A stretch of 64,000 nt of DNA from positions 1 to 64,000 of the forward strand of contig JADJZY010000014.1 in NCBI GenBank assembly GCA_016715505.1, written 5' to 3'. Shown piece after piece: positions 34,557 through 50,387 of this stretch. This DNA is from Bacteroidota bacterium. Its GTDB lineage: Bacteria > Bacteroidota > Bacteroidia > Chitinophagales > Chitinophagaceae. The notes under the pieces are model-generated. The model ran no database searches, had not been told where the DNA came from, and worked only from the letters and a program-made list of their open reading frames with translations. The translations under genes and the position numbers were made by a program. Each line of letters opens with the position of its first letter. Position 1 is the stretch's first letter.

Positions 34557-37500
34557 CTACTCCTGTTGTATACCTTTGGTTTTGTTCGTAGAAATCGGTT
34601 CAGAAGTATTCTGTAATGGTGATGTCAATTGGATTAATTTTTCTTCCAATGCAGTTAATCTCGCTTCAGTACTTTCACGATTATCTTTCAGTGAACTGTT
34701 TTCATTTTTTAAATCCTCAATTTGTTTTTGTTGCTCCTGAATGGCTTTCACAAGTACTGGAATCAGTGCACTATAATTCATCATCAGGGTTTGCATCGAA
34801 TCACTGGCAGTTTCAACAACTTCAGGAATGAGGGCCTTAACTTCCTGAGCTACCAGTCCTATTTCTTTGTGAGAAAGCGAATCCGATTTCCAATTGTATT
34901 TGATAGAACGCAATTGCATAATTTCTTTCAGGCCATAATTCAATGTTTCAATATTTGTTTTTAAGCGAATATCCGAACCATTAAAAAGTCCGCGCCACAC
35001 CCAGGCATCTCGCCATCTGAGTGTTGTGCTTCCTAAGGAATATCCGGTAATGGCACTACTTGAATTACTATTCGGCAAAACTTCTCCACCGATGCGCACA
35101 TCTCCTAATAAATAGGCTGCATAGCTTCCATTTTTTTGAACATCGGCATAAAATCCATAATGCGTACCTCCTGCACTTGTAGACATCGAAACCCGATATC
35201 CGTATTTGGAACCTGTACCAACAGCGCCGGCCGGGTATACAGTATTCATCCCATAACTAGTTCCGTTGCCGGATGAGCTCATATCATTGTATATACCATA
35301 AATGGTGGCTCCGCTGCTGCCGTCAAATTCATTGTACATTCCATAACGTGTTGATGTAGATGTGTTGGTAATAGAATTTCGAATACCAAAAATGGCACCA
35401 GAGGCTGTTCCTGCTATGACGTTGCGCATACCATACTTCACGCCGGTACCTAATCCCAAATTATTCAGGTCGATCCCTAAATGATTTCCACTTCCGGAGT
35501 TGGCCGTTTCATGATAAAAACCAATTTGATCACCATCACCATTACTTCCTAATTCAGAGTAAATGGTATAATGTACTCCATCGCCGGGTGAGATATCCGA
35601 ATTAGAGAGACCAATATGTGCACCATTTCCAGTTGAAGTAGGCTGATGATAAACACCTACACCCGTTTGTGGTCCGTTGCCTGTGCTCGTTAAAGTATTT
35701 TGTGATCCTGTGATAAGTCCACTTCCGGAATTAAATAAAAGACTATTCACGCCAAAATGTAAAGTGGAATTGGCTGAATTGCTGATATTGAGCGAATTCG
35801 TTGTTCCATAACTCGGGCCTGTTCCGGATGTCGTTAACACATTTTGAGTACCAAAATGGAAACCGTCACCAGAATTAGAAATGTTGTTGACTACCCCTGC
35901 TTGTAAAGTGTCGTTGTCACTTAAAATATTGTTGTATGTCCCATATTGCATGCCCGAATTTGTACCTTTTAATTCGTTGTATATGCCATAGTGCGCTCCA
36001 TCACCAATATTATTGATTAAATTGTAAACACCATAGTGCGTGGTATCGCCTGTGTTAATAATGGAATTATATGTCCCGTAATTGACTGATTTGCCGTTTC
36101 CACCCAAAGCATTGTTGGTACCAATATGAATCCCTGTTCCATTATTGGAGATTTGTTGATCCGTTCCTATTTGTGAACCATTTGCCGCTCCACCCAGGGC
36201 ATGATATGCGCCTGCATGCATACCACTTCCCGTGGAATTATTCAATGAATAATAACCATATTGTGTGGCTGTACCAGAGGAACTCAATAAATGTTGCACA
36301 CTCTGACCAATTGAAAATGACCCGCCTGTATGCAACATGGTTATTGATTGACCATACGTATTACTATTGTGATTGGTGTTCATAGATATTCGTGAACCAT
36401 AGTGCACTTGAGTATTGGCCGCATTGGACACATTCACTGCAATATTGCTTCCTTCAGCTCTTCCCAAGCCACTCAGGGTCACATCGGTTGTTTGTCCGAA
36501 TTTGTTGCCATTCCCTGTTCCCCACAAATACATTTGATTACCAACATGGGTGGTATCGTTGTTTGAATTAATCCAAACAAAATTCCCAATCTTGGTGCCT
36601 GTACCTGTACCTGTTAAATGAGAATAAGTTCCGTAGCTCGTTCCACTTCCAGAACTAGCATTCGACAGATAAGCACCATACTGAATGCCTGATCCGGTCA
36701 TTCCACTATTCATCCAGGTATATAAACCTGCTTGTTCGCCATTTCCACCTGTAAAGAAGTTATTAAATACACCGATATGATTTCCATTGCCAATGCTTCC
36801 GGAAAATTCATTCCATTTACCGGTGAGGTGGCCTCCCCCATTGCTGAATTTACTGTATACGCCAGTATGAGTGCCGTTTCCACTGCCACTCATATCATTT
36901 ACCATTCCCAAATGTCCGTTAGTTCCTGAATTTGAGATATTATTCTGAACACCCGTTTGAGTACCATTTCCTGTACCGGCGAGTAAATGATACACGCCAT
37001 AACGATCTCCATTCCCATTACTTTGATCTTCGAATTGCATTCCATAATGCGCTCCGTTTCCGGTATTACTTCCCTGAATCCAAGTAGTCATTCCGGAAGT
37101 CAATCCACCACCTCCGATGAAATGATTGTTAAATACACCAATTTGATTTCCGTTGGTTACAGAACCGGCATACTCATTCCACACACCGGTTAAATTACCG
37201 GATCCCTGACTAAATCGATTAATTGTTCCGACATGGGCTCCGCTGCCTGAGCCTGAAAAACTTTGATCGGTGCCATAATGGTTTCCATTGCCGTTGTTTG
37301 CGATAAACGAACGCCGAATGGCAAATTCGCCTGTTCCCAAGCCGTACAAACTATCCCATACCCCTACATGCAATGCTGAACCGCCTGAGTTGATTTGATT
37401 ACGTATTCCATACACTTCTCCGAGTCCAAAATTCACAATATTATGAATCCCTGTATGTCTGCCATTTCCTGAATTGTTATTAAAATTTAAGATCGAAGTT

Positions 37501-40249
37501 TGATTCCCATTGTTATTTCCGGAGATGGAGGTTTGAATTGGATTTCCTTTACCGGAATTACTTGCTGCAAATAAGGCTACAGAAGAACCCGTACTATCCG
37601 GATTCGAATTGATAAAATAGCCGGTAACAGTTGCTGCATTCCCTAAAGCATACGTATTTGAAAAATAGCTGGTATAGCCATATTGATTATTCTCCACATG
37701 CAATGGATAAATTGGATTACTTCTGATACCCAATCTACCTGCAGAATCCAAGGTCATATAAACAGAATCCTTAACGCCAAATTTTATGGCCGCAGATTCT
37801 CGATTCATTTGCACGACCTCCCGATTCAACAAACGGATATCAAAACCATCGGTAGTGGTACTACCCGTAGATGCATTGCTAAACTTAATCGTATCATTCA
37901 CCGATGAACCATGAATATGCATTTTACCTCTGGGTGTAATGGTTCCAACCCCGACCCTCAAACTATCATCGAAGATTTGTGAATTGATGCCACTGGATGT
38001 ACCGTTAAAACGGACCAAACGATTCGCGGTTCCGTTTAAATTCCCACTCCCTCCGGAAACCGTTTGCCAGGAGGCCAGCCCATTCGCATCACTGGTTAAT
38101 ACCTTACCGACACCCGGATTACCTCCGGATATTTTTACCGTACCTGCCACATCCAATCGGGCAGCCGGATTGGTTGTACCAATCCCAACACTATCCTGAA
38201 CATGTAAACCATCCGGCCCGTTAATATAAACTGCGCCATGCGTAGCCTGGATAATGCGGCCTGCACCTTGTCCACCATAATCGTATGCAGAATCCAGTGT
38301 AGTAGCTCCCAATAAAGTGGAAGGAATAAATTGCCAACTGGCTGTTCCGCCCGCATCACTGGTGAGTACTTTACCTGCACCGGGGGTTCCTCCTGTGATT
38401 CGCACTTGTCCATTAACGACCAATTTTTCTGAAGGAGTGTTTATACCAAGTCCTACATTTCCATTCTTAAGAACGGTCAAGGCATTACTTCTATTCGCAG
38501 CACTGCTTCCATTTCCCAAGGTTAAAATCGGATCGGTAGGAACAAAGGTATTGGTGCTGCTTCCCACCAAAGGATCATTGTAAGTACCCATGGCCACAGA
38601 GGATTGCGCCAATGCTTGTGTGCCGTTTCCAATAGCTACTGTACCTTCTTCGCCAAGCGCTTCTGTATATTGCCCGATAGCCATACTCCCTGGCCTTTGG
38701 CATAGCTTGCAACCCCCATCGCGGTTGATCCTGAGCCGGTGGCTTTGGTGTCAAATCCGGATGAGAATGAATAAATGCCGAGACTATCTTCATCCCAAAA
38801 ATTTGTATTGACTGTACCGGATCGGAAAGCCCCTTTTTTGGGAAAATAAAACATTTTAGAACCCGGACCGGAAAGACCCAGATCTTTACCAAAACCATAA
38901 TTCCCGGTAACTTGTAATCCGTCGATACCCTGAATCAAAACAGCACCCGAATCGGCTGTGATGATTCTTCCGTTTCCTTGCCCTCCTGCATCGTAAGATT
39001 GGTCTAAGGTGGAAGCAGCTCCGCCCCCCGATGGCGTTTGCCAAGTTGCTAAACCGTTCGCATCGGAGGTAAGTACTTTTCCTGTACTAGGAGCGCCACC
39101 TGCAATTTTTATTTGTTGGGTAAATTCCACATTCCCGGTAGAGGTGATTTGCATACGGCTGGTATTATTGGTACCCAAATCGAGGGGCGCATTTTCGCGG
39201 TTGATGATACTGGCATTGTTCGCATTTAATTGAATTTGTAAACCATCTGATGCTGTATGGCCACTTGTATTATTCGTCAGACGGATATCCATGTTTGTGC
39301 CATCCGAATTGTTCGCATGTACTCTAGATACAGGAGTTGCATTTCCACCAATCCCTACATTTTCGGATAAAAAGTCGGCATGAAATTTTAGTTTACTCGT
39401 TCCGCCTTTAAACAAACTAATTCCCGCATTACCGGCAGTGCTGATTAAAAATCGACCTAAACCATCACCGGCCACCAAACCGTTGTTACCAAATGCCAGC
39501 AGATTTGCATAAGGATACAAACTTGTGACTCCGGCATATCCGCCAGCATAAGTAGAGCCATATTTGGTGAAGGTCGAATAGTTGGCAGCACCATCGCTAT
39601 ACATCGTAAAGCGTCCGGCTCCGGTTGCAATTAAATTTTGCATGCGCACATGTTCGAGCACCGAGGCACTATTTTGGCTGATATGTAATTTTGCAGTCGC
39701 TGCAGGAGAAGTTGTACCAATTCCGATACCTACACCATTATCATAAATCTGTGAGTTGATTTCCGAACTACTGCTTCCGCTGGCATCAAATTTTGACAGA
39801 TAGTGCTGATTCCCGGCCCTTGTACTTCCTCCTAATGATTCCCCTGCCCTGTTCGCATAAAGGGCATAAGGCACACTGAGTAATTGAGTGATTCCACAAG
39901 GTTGAAAATGGCCATCTCCTTCTATATCCATTGCGACCCGAATATATTGTTGACCACTTTCCCATTTCACATCTTGCATGCGTCCGACTAGCGCTTGCCC
40001 ACCGCCAATTTGAAGCGTATATAATCCAAATTGATTGGTCACAACCCGATGTGTTTCGGACATCACAACAGGCATATCCGGTGCAGGCAGAATGTCAATT
40101 TGAACAATCAAGGACCTGTCAGACAAAGCCCGACCCAATGAGTCGCGGGCAATCCCCTGGTAATTGAATAAAAGAGGAGCCTGTGCAATACTGAAGAGGG
40201 AGAGATGCACAAAAAGGACGGCTAAAAAAAGATGTAGGGAAGGTTTCAT
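34557..40249 (-). CDS. Giant (~1900 aa) secreted phage-tail-fibre-like protein with Gly-rich HYG repeats and C-terminal peptidase-S74 intramolecular-chaperone domain (two ORFs; frameshift at 38636-38684)
   Basis: 38636-40249 has a signal peptide and an N-terminal module paralogous to 1583-3691. 34557-38684 begins mid-domain (MAIGQYTEALGEEGTVAIGNG) and ends with the autoproteolytic chaperone signature GSDIRLKTNIETLNYGLKEIMQLRSIKYNWKSD followed by a coiled coil. The ORF overlap is in different frames. Confidence 0.65.
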
Positions 40250-40439
40250 ATTCGGGTAGTTTATAAATGAATGATTTACTTATTCAAATTTATATCTGTT
40301 GCAACATATTTTTCATGAAATGAGTATTCAGCCTTTACCAAAGAGCAAATGACCGGTTTGGTAAGAATTTGGCAAAAAGGTGGCCGGAATCGTGCAAAAT
40401 TTTGGGGCTGTCGGCTTAACCATTTCATCAGCAGAGGTT

Positions 40440-40500
40440 CGGGCTACTGCGGGCTTCGGCCCTGCCGTGCAGGGGCTACCCCTTCGTATCCCGCAGCCCT
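40440..40500. ncRNA. Candidate structured RNA element (GC-rich nested hairpins incl. GGGC-UUCG-GCCC and GGGG-CUA-CCCC closed by CUGC(GGG)...(CCC)GCAG)
   Basis: A GC-rich island in an AT-rich intergenic region (40250-40922) between the rpoC terminator and the tail-fibre gene start. The stems were read directly; there is no convincing coding ORF. Confidence 0.3.
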
Positions 40501-40865
40501 TCAGCGATATCTCACATTCTTTGGGGAAGCACCTCAGTCAATGGCTGCTTATAAAACCAAAGTGGGTTGGTAGGATTCATACAAGGTTTACAATAGGTCA
40601 ATTTTGGTTAACCTATGCAAAATGGGATGTCCTGATGAAAAGGTCTATGTGGTAATACCGTAAGCATGGTTGACAGTAAGTTTAAGGCTCTTGTATTTAC
40701 GATGCAAATCCAATGAGCCAATTAATTGTTTTCTTACCTTTGTTTGAAGTTGGCTGTGTCCCAAATTTGGGTCTTATGAGGCTGATTTCTTTTTGGGGCG
40801 ATGCACTTCAATCAATGTCTTTTTTGCTTGAATCGATGATTCATCATCTTGAATTAGGCAGCCCA

Positions 40866-40897
40866 TGAAAACAAAAGAGCCACCCGAAGGCAGCTCT
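40866..40897 (-). terminator. Rho-independent terminator of rpoC
   Basis: Minus-strand hairpin AGAGCUGCC-UUCG-GGUGGCUCU (UUCG tetraloop) followed by UUUUGUUUUC, 25 nt after the rpoC TAG stop. Confidence 0.65.
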
Positions 40898-40922
40898 TTG
40901 ATCAATTATCTGAAGTATAAAA

Positions 40923-45251
<4,329 letters not shown>

Positions 45252-45297
45252 TTAGATTTTTTGAAATAAAAATTTGATGAAATCGTCAATTATCCAT

Positions 45298-45315
45298 GAG
45301 GTCAACGTTGACCTC
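45298..45315. promoter_or_regulatory. Perfect 18-bp palindrome GAGGTCAACGTTGACCTC in the rpoC upstream region
   Basis: Read directly from the sequence, about 60 nt upstream of the rpoC start and followed by A9. It is not a terminator on either strand, so it is a candidate regulator-binding dyad. Confidence 0.3.
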
Positions 45316-45633
45316 AAAAAAAAATTACCCCTGGCGGGAGGCCACTTAGCGCTTGTTGACCGGCATTTTGATACACATGATAAAGTGCAACCAAGCCCAT
45401 TGGTTGATGCTTGTCGGGAAGAGAATACAAAGACTGCTAAGTTAAGAGCCACTGATTTCAGGAGCGCAAATGTAGGTCAAAATGGTTGAAATCCCATATT
45501 TTTGGCCGCTTTTTTCTACATAACAAGCCCCAGAAGTTTATTCGGTTTTGGAATTTCGAGCTTGAAAGCCTACTTTTGCCGCCCTTATTTAAATCATTAA
45601 AGACCGGAAGTCTATAAATCACCGCAAATTTTT

Positions 45634-46212
45634 ATGAAACAAGTTACAATTGAAGGACAACTCAGAAGCGAATTCGGCAAAAAAGTTTCCCGCCACATCC
45701 GTTCTGAGGGCAAAGTGCCTTGTGTAATTTATGGAGGGTCATCCAATGTGCACTTCACAACAACACACAAGGAACTCAAAGGGATTGTTTATACCCCTGA
45801 GTTCAAATTAGCCAACATTCAGGTAGACGGCAAATCGTATTCCTGCATTTTGAAGGCTTTACAATTTGACAAAATTACGGACGAAGTGACCCACATTGAT
45901 TTTCTGGAATTGGTTCCGGGCAAGCGATTAAACGCCAATGTGCCTTTACGTTTTACCGGACAATCAGTAGGGGTGAAAGAAGGTGGACGTTTTGTTGTTA
46001 AAATGAGCACCATTAATCTCCGCACAACACCTGAGCATTTAAAAGAAGCGATTGATGTTGATATCACGAATCTAGAAATTGGTAAAAACTTACGTGTTGA
46101 AGACATTCAATTGGAAAACACCGAAATCCTGCATAACAAACGTATTCCGGTAGCAGCCGTTGTAACCACCCGTGCGCTGAATCAAGCCGAAGCCGCTGAT
46201 GGTAAAAAATAA
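45634..46212 (+). CDS. rplY: 50S ribosomal protein L25 / general stress protein Ctc
   Basis: 192 aa with the L25/Ctc N-terminal beta-barrel (MKQVTIEGQLRSEFGKKVSRHIRSEGKVPCVIYGG) and the Ctc-type C-terminal extension. Confidence 0.9.
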   Translation: MKQVTIEGQLRSEFGKKVSRHIRSEGKVPCVIYGGSSNVHFTTTHKELKGIVYTPEFKLANIQVDGKSYSCILKALQFDKITDEVTHIDFLELVPGKRLNANVPLRFTGQSVGVKEGGRFVVKMSTINLRTTPEHLKEAIDVDITNLEIGKNLRVEDIQLENTEILHNKRIPVAAVVTTRALNQAEAADGKK

Positions 46213-46230
46213 TTTTTATTGACTTCTTAA

Positions 46231-46270
46231 AGAGAGCGATCCGCCTTCGGCGGATCGCTCTCTTTTTATA
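46231..46270 (+). terminator. Rho-independent terminator of rplY
   Basis: Perfect 15-bp stem AGAGAGCGAUCCGCC-UUCG-GCGGAUCGCUCUCU with a UUCG loop followed by UUUUAU, 19 nt after the stop. Confidence 0.85.
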
Positions 46271-46353
46271 CCCTTCGCAGAATGACTCTTAAAATAATCA
46301 GTTATTCAAAAAAGTCAAATGGATAAAATGTCTGAATGACTCAATAACTAGGC

Positions 46354-47586
46354 TTAGCGAGCAAATACTACCCTTTCAATCAAATTTGCACCAAAAGCAT
46401 AAGGCAAGTAGGCCGGCCCACTGATTGGTTTCGTGATGATAAAACTGGCTTTCTTGCCACGGGCAATGCTTCCCATCTGATGGCTTAATTCTAAAGCCGC
46501 CGCTCCATTGAGGGTGCAAGCATTGATGGCTTCTTCCGGCGTCATGCGCATCTGGGTACAAGCTAATGTGAGCAAAAAATTCATATTTCCTCCAGGACAA
46601 GAACCGGGATTATAATCACTGGCTAAGGCAACCGCTACCCCGGCATCAATCAATTTTCGGGCGGGTTGATAATGCATGGCCAGGAAAAAAGCCGCTCCGG
46701 GTAAAAGCGTTGCAATCGTATCGGAATGCTGCAGGCAGGCTACTTCCTCATCATCCATGGTTTCAAGATGATCCACACTGATTGCATCATACTTTACACC
46801 CACCTGCACGCCCCCACTGTTGTATAATTGATTGGCATGAATTTTTGGTTTTAACCCATATTTACTGCTTGCTTCAAGTAATTGCGCCGTCTCTTCTGCA
46901 CTAAAGAATCCCTTCTCACAAAATACATCCATGTAGTCGGCAAGACCTTCATCGGCAATTTGTGGCAACATTTCCTGAATGATAATATCCAAATATGCCT
47001 GGTGGTTTTCTCTGAATTTCAGGGGATAGGCATGCGCACCTAAAAAAGTTGCTTTCACCGGAATACCGGCAGTTTCTTTGATTCGCCGGATTACCCGGAG
47101 CATCTTTATTTCTGCTTGTGTATTTAACCCATATCCGCTTTTTATTTCAATGGCACCGGTGCCCAGGTTTTCACCCTCCTCTAATCGAGCCATTGCCTGA
47201 TCATATAAAAATCCTTCATCTGCTTCGTTCAGTTTACGCGCTGAATTTAAAATTCCTCCTCCTCTTTGCGCTATTTCTTCATAACTCAATCCATGTATCC
47301 GATCTACGAATTCTTGTTCACGGCTGTGGGCAAAAACCAAGTGTGTATGCGAGTCGACCCAAACCGGCAAGACCGAAGCCCCTCTTAGATTCTCTTCACG
47401 ATCATACGGTTTGTCAGGTAAATTTTCCATGCTCCCGAAATCCAGGATGAATTGTCCGTCGGTCAACAGCCAGGCCTCTTCGATCATTGGCAGTACTTTC
47501 ATTTCTGCCCCTTTAACGATTTTTTTTTGCGCCGCATCCTCTTCGATGCCGATTAAATGTTTGATATTTGAATACAAGGTAAGCAT
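46354..47586 (-). CDS. hutI: Imidazolonepropionase (amidohydrolase superfamily)
   Basis: 410 aa with metal-binding VDSHTHLVFA, the HutI-characteristic segments (GGGILNSARKL, KMLRVIRRIKE) and a C-terminal DYNPGS motif. Confidence 0.85.
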   Translation of the reverse strand: MLTLYSNIKHLIGIEEDAAQKKIVKGAEMKVLPMIEEAWLLTDGQFILDFGSMENLPDKPYDREENLRGASVLPVWVDSHTHLVFAHSREQEFVDRIHGLSYEEIAQRGGGILNSARKLNEADEGFLYDQAMARLEEGENLGTGAIEIKSGYGLNTQAEIKMLRVIRRIKETAGIPVKATFLGAHAYPLKFRENHQAYLDIIIQEMLPQIADEGLADYMDVFCEKGFFSAEETAQLLEASSKYGLKPKIHANQLYNSGGVQVGVKYDAISVDHLETMDDEEVACLQHSDTIATLLPGAAFFLAMHYQPARKLIDAGVAVALASDYNPGSCPGGNMNFLLTLACTQMRMTPEEAINACTLNGAAALELSHQMGSIARGKKASFIITKPISGPAYLPYAFGANLIERVVFAR

Positions 47587-47627
47587 GCGACAAATGTAAT
47601 GGTTTGCCTTTTAGTTTTTTATCGGGC

Positions 47628-48719
47628 ATGAATACAATTGGTACACTTTTTAAAATCACTTCATTTGGCGAATCACATGGTCCGCTTGTAGGTTGTGTCA
47701 TTGATGGATGCCCTGCCGGATTTAAGCCGGATATCGAAAGAATGCAAAAGGCGGTCAATCTCCGAAAAACAGGTCAAAACGCACATGCTTCTCAACGGCT
47801 CGAAGAAGATCAAATTCAAATTGTTTCCGGCCTTTTTGAAGGTCGGTGTACAGGAAGTCCGCTATGTATTTTAATCCAAAATCAGGATAGTCGCCCACAG
47901 GATTATGAAAATTTAAAAGAAGTATTCCGACCCAATCATGCGGATTATTCCTATCAACAGAAATATGGTTTCCGCGATCATCGTGGCGGCGGCCGTAGTT
48001 CGGTACGAATTACCGTCCCATTAGTTGCTGCCGGAAATCTGGCCTTACAAATATTGGAATCATTGGCCTCTGTTCAAATTCATTCATACGTTTCTGCTAT
48101 AGGTGGCATCCAAATTCCATCTCGTTTTCATTCCAATCAAATTGACTGGGAAGAATTGTACCAACATCCTCTACGTGTTCCGATTCATCCACTACGGAAT
48201 GATATGGAAGAACGGGTGAACGCCTGTTTACAGCAAGGAGATACCTTGGGAGGATGCATTCAGGTTTTGGTGAATGGCGTTCCCGCCGGATGGGGAGAAC
48301 CTATATTTGGAAAATTACAAGCCGCTTTGGCGCATGCGATGATGAGTATTCCCAGCGTAAAAGCATTTGAATATGGTGATGGTTTTGAAAGTGCAACTCA
48401 GAGCGGAAGTTTTCACAATGATTCTTTCATTACCGAAGAAGGACATATTCGCACTGCCAGTAATCGCAGTGGTGGAATACAAGGTGGCATCAGCAATGGC
48501 GAAGAAATCCATTTCCGAATTGGCTTCAAGCCCATATCCAGTATTCGTTCCACCCAAAAAACAGTTAACAAGGAGGGCATCGAAGTGGATTTAAACATCA
48601 CCGGACGTCATGACGTGTGTGCAGTGCCGCGTGCAATACCTATCGTTGAGGCATATACTGCCTTTACCCTTCTGGACGCCTGTTTGCAACAACAATCTAA
48701 AAACCATCAAAAACTTTAA
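47628..48719 (+). CDS. aroC: Chorismate synthase
   Basis: Signature motifs TSFGESHGPLVGCVIDGCPAG and RPNHADYSYQQKYG...GGGRSS. The ORF in the track starts 24 nt upstream; an internal Met was chosen by homology. Confidence 0.9.
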   Translation: MNTIGTLFKITSFGESHGPLVGCVIDGCPAGFKPDIERMQKAVNLRKTGQNAHASQRLEEDQIQIVSGLFEGRCTGSPLCILIQNQDSRPQDYENLKEVFRPNHADYSYQQKYGFRDHRGGGRSSVRITVPLVAAGNLALQILESLASVQIHSYVSAIGGIQIPSRFHSNQIDWEELYQHPLRVPIHPLRNDMEERVNACLQQGDTLGGCIQVLVNGVPAGWGEPIFGKLQAALAHAMMSIPSVKAFEYGDGFESATQSGSFHNDSFITEEGHIRTASNRSGGIQGGISNGEEIHFRIGFKPISSIRSTQKTVNKEGIEVDLNITGRHDVCAVPRAIPIVEAYTAFTLLDACLQQQSKNHQKL

Positions 48720-48720
48720 T

Positions 48721-49311
48721 ATGAACTTTCGCGTAAAAATATTGAACGCCTGCCTGATAGCCATTGCCTTGTTGGCACTATCGCCTATGGATATTTTGGC
48801 ACAACAGAAAAAGAAGTCGGCTAAAAAAACACCCAAAAAGACTGAAACTGAAGCCCCAAATTTTAGTGCGAATTACGAAAAACCCAAAGCCGCACCGGGT
48901 GCACCCTTATTGGAATTTAATGTGGTTGGGCATGATGAAAAATTATATTACTCCAGAGATATTCCTTTTGGCAAACCGGTCGTATTGGTGTTGTTTAATC
49001 CGAGTTGCGGACATTGTGCGGAAGTGGCTCAAAAAATAAAAGCCCATATCAATCAATTTCTGGATGTACAATTTGTGTTTATCACCGGTTTAAATTTACT
49101 GGGCGAACTAAAAACTTTTGCAGAGAGCACTGGTATTCATGATCAAAAAAATATCATTGTTTCGGCCGACAACTCGGATGTGACCAAAGAAATTTTTGAA
49201 TATAAAGGCATCCCGCAAATCATGGTTTACAATAAGGATCATTTTTTGCAAAAAACTTTTTATAAAGAGGTTGACACCGATAGCCTTCGATTTTATCTGA
49301 ATAAAATGTAA
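48721..49311 (+). CDS. Thioredoxin-fold thiol-disulfide oxidoreductase (TlpA/redoxin-like), secreted
   Basis: Signal peptide MNFRVKILNACLIAIALLALSP, a Lys-rich linker and a CGHC active-site motif (LFNPSCGHCAEVAQ). Confidence 0.6.
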   Translation: MNFRVKILNACLIAIALLALSPMDILAQQKKKSAKKTPKKTETEAPNFSANYEKPKAAPGAPLLEFNVVGHDEKLYYSRDIPFGKPVVLVLFNPSCGHCAEVAQKIKAHINQFLDVQFVFITGLNLLGELKTFAESTGIHDQKNIIVSADNSDVTKEIFEYKGIPQIMVYNKDHFLQKTFYKEVDTDSLRFYLNKM

Positions 49312-49320
49312 TTTACAGCC

Positions 49321-49992
49321 ATGTTTTTTCCTATTGGCGACGACAATGTCAAAGGCCATAGCAAACCGATTCTGAACTACCTCTTCATTATCGTTCATGT
49401 GGCGGTATTCTTTTACGAATTCAGTTTACCTGAAGCTGCATTAAACCAATTCATTTTTACCTATGGCAGTATTCCAGCTGAAATCACTTCCTTTCAAGAT
49501 TTGTATACCTTATTTACCTGTATTTTTTTACATGGCGGATGGATGCATTTGTTGGGAAACATGCTTTTCCTTTGGGTTTTTGGCGACAATATTGAAAGTA
49601 GTATTGGTTCATTTCGTTATTTCATCTTTTATGTGGGTGGAGGAGTTATTGCTTCCCTGGCCCATGCCTTTTTAAGTCCGGGCAGTCAGGTGCCCTGTGT
49701 AGGCGCTTCTGGAGCCATTGCAGCTTGTTTGGGTGCCTATCTGGTGATGTATCCGGGTTCGAGGGTTCGGATTTTGTTTATTCTTTTTCTGACCACTTTC
49801 CGGGTATCGGCCATTTATTTTCTGGGATTCTGGATTATCCAGCAATTGGTATCGGGTGTTGGCACCCTGAGCACAGCTGCAGCCGAGAGTGCCGGCGTAG
49901 CTTATTGGGCTCATATTGGCGGCTTTGTATTCGGTGTTATTGCGGGTTTCATTTTACGCGGACAAGTAAAAGAATTACACCAACATGCCTGA
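49321..49992 (+). CDS. Rhomboid-family intramembrane serine protease
   Basis: Six TMs with the catalytic GASGAI (GxSG) and downstream AHIGGFVFG (His) motifs. Confidence 0.8.
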   Translation: MFFPIGDDNVKGHSKPILNYLFIIVHVAVFFYEFSLPEAALNQFIFTYGSIPAEITSFQDLYTLFTCIFLHGGWMHLLGNMLFLWVFGDNIESSIGSFRYFIFYVGGGVIASLAHAFLSPGSQVPCVGASGAIAACLGAYLVMYPGSRVRILFILFLTTFRVSAIYFLGFWIIQQLVSGVGTLSTAAAESAGVAYWAHIGGFVFGVIAGFILRGQVKELHQHA

Positions 49993-50260
49993 TTCGAAAC
50001 GAGCACTTCTGTTAGAGGATATTCTGACATCCTATGTGCATCATAAACACTTACAGCATGAATATCGTAAATACGCCATTTGGTTAAGTCTATTGTTTTT
50101 TCTACCGGGATGGATTCTGTTTCATATTTCTCTGATTCATCGCAGAAAAATGTTCAAGTTGCGTAAAGAATTTATACAACATCTGCATGCCGGTCAAGGA
50201 GAAGCAGCACAAGATGGCGATGTAATTTCTTCGTTGCGATATCGATTCTATATGTTGTAA
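49985..50260 (+). CDS. Hypothetical small membrane protein
   Basis: 91-aa ORF with one TM segment and a start overlapping the rhomboid stop. No recognisable domain. Confidence 0.3.
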   Translation: MPDSKRALLLEDILTSYVHHKHLQHEYRKYAIWLSLLFFLPGWILFHISLIHRRKMFKLRKEFIQHLHAGQGEAAQDGDVISSLRYRFYML

Positions 50261-50387
50261 TACATCTCCATTTCCGATTTCATTGCCGATGTCATTGCCG
50301 TTGTCACAATTACATAAAGTTGAAATTGTTCTATCAAAGCGATATCAAGGGGAAAAACTATTGGGGAATTTTCTGTTTGGGATTCTT

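Noticed and set aside
34557-40249. Prophage or tailocin interpretation of the tail-fibre-like genes
   Set aside because: There are no capsid, terminase, sheath, tube, baseplate, integrase or lysis genes anywhere in the window. The flanking genes are rpoC and T9SS cargo. The proteins carry Sec signal peptides, consistent with host surface proteins.
40349-40655. Small GC-rich ORFs 40349-40573 and 40380-40655 as protein-coding genes
   Set aside because: They overlap each other in different frames and have no RBS context. Their GC richness stems from the hairpin-forming element, so a structured RNA or regulatory region is more likely.
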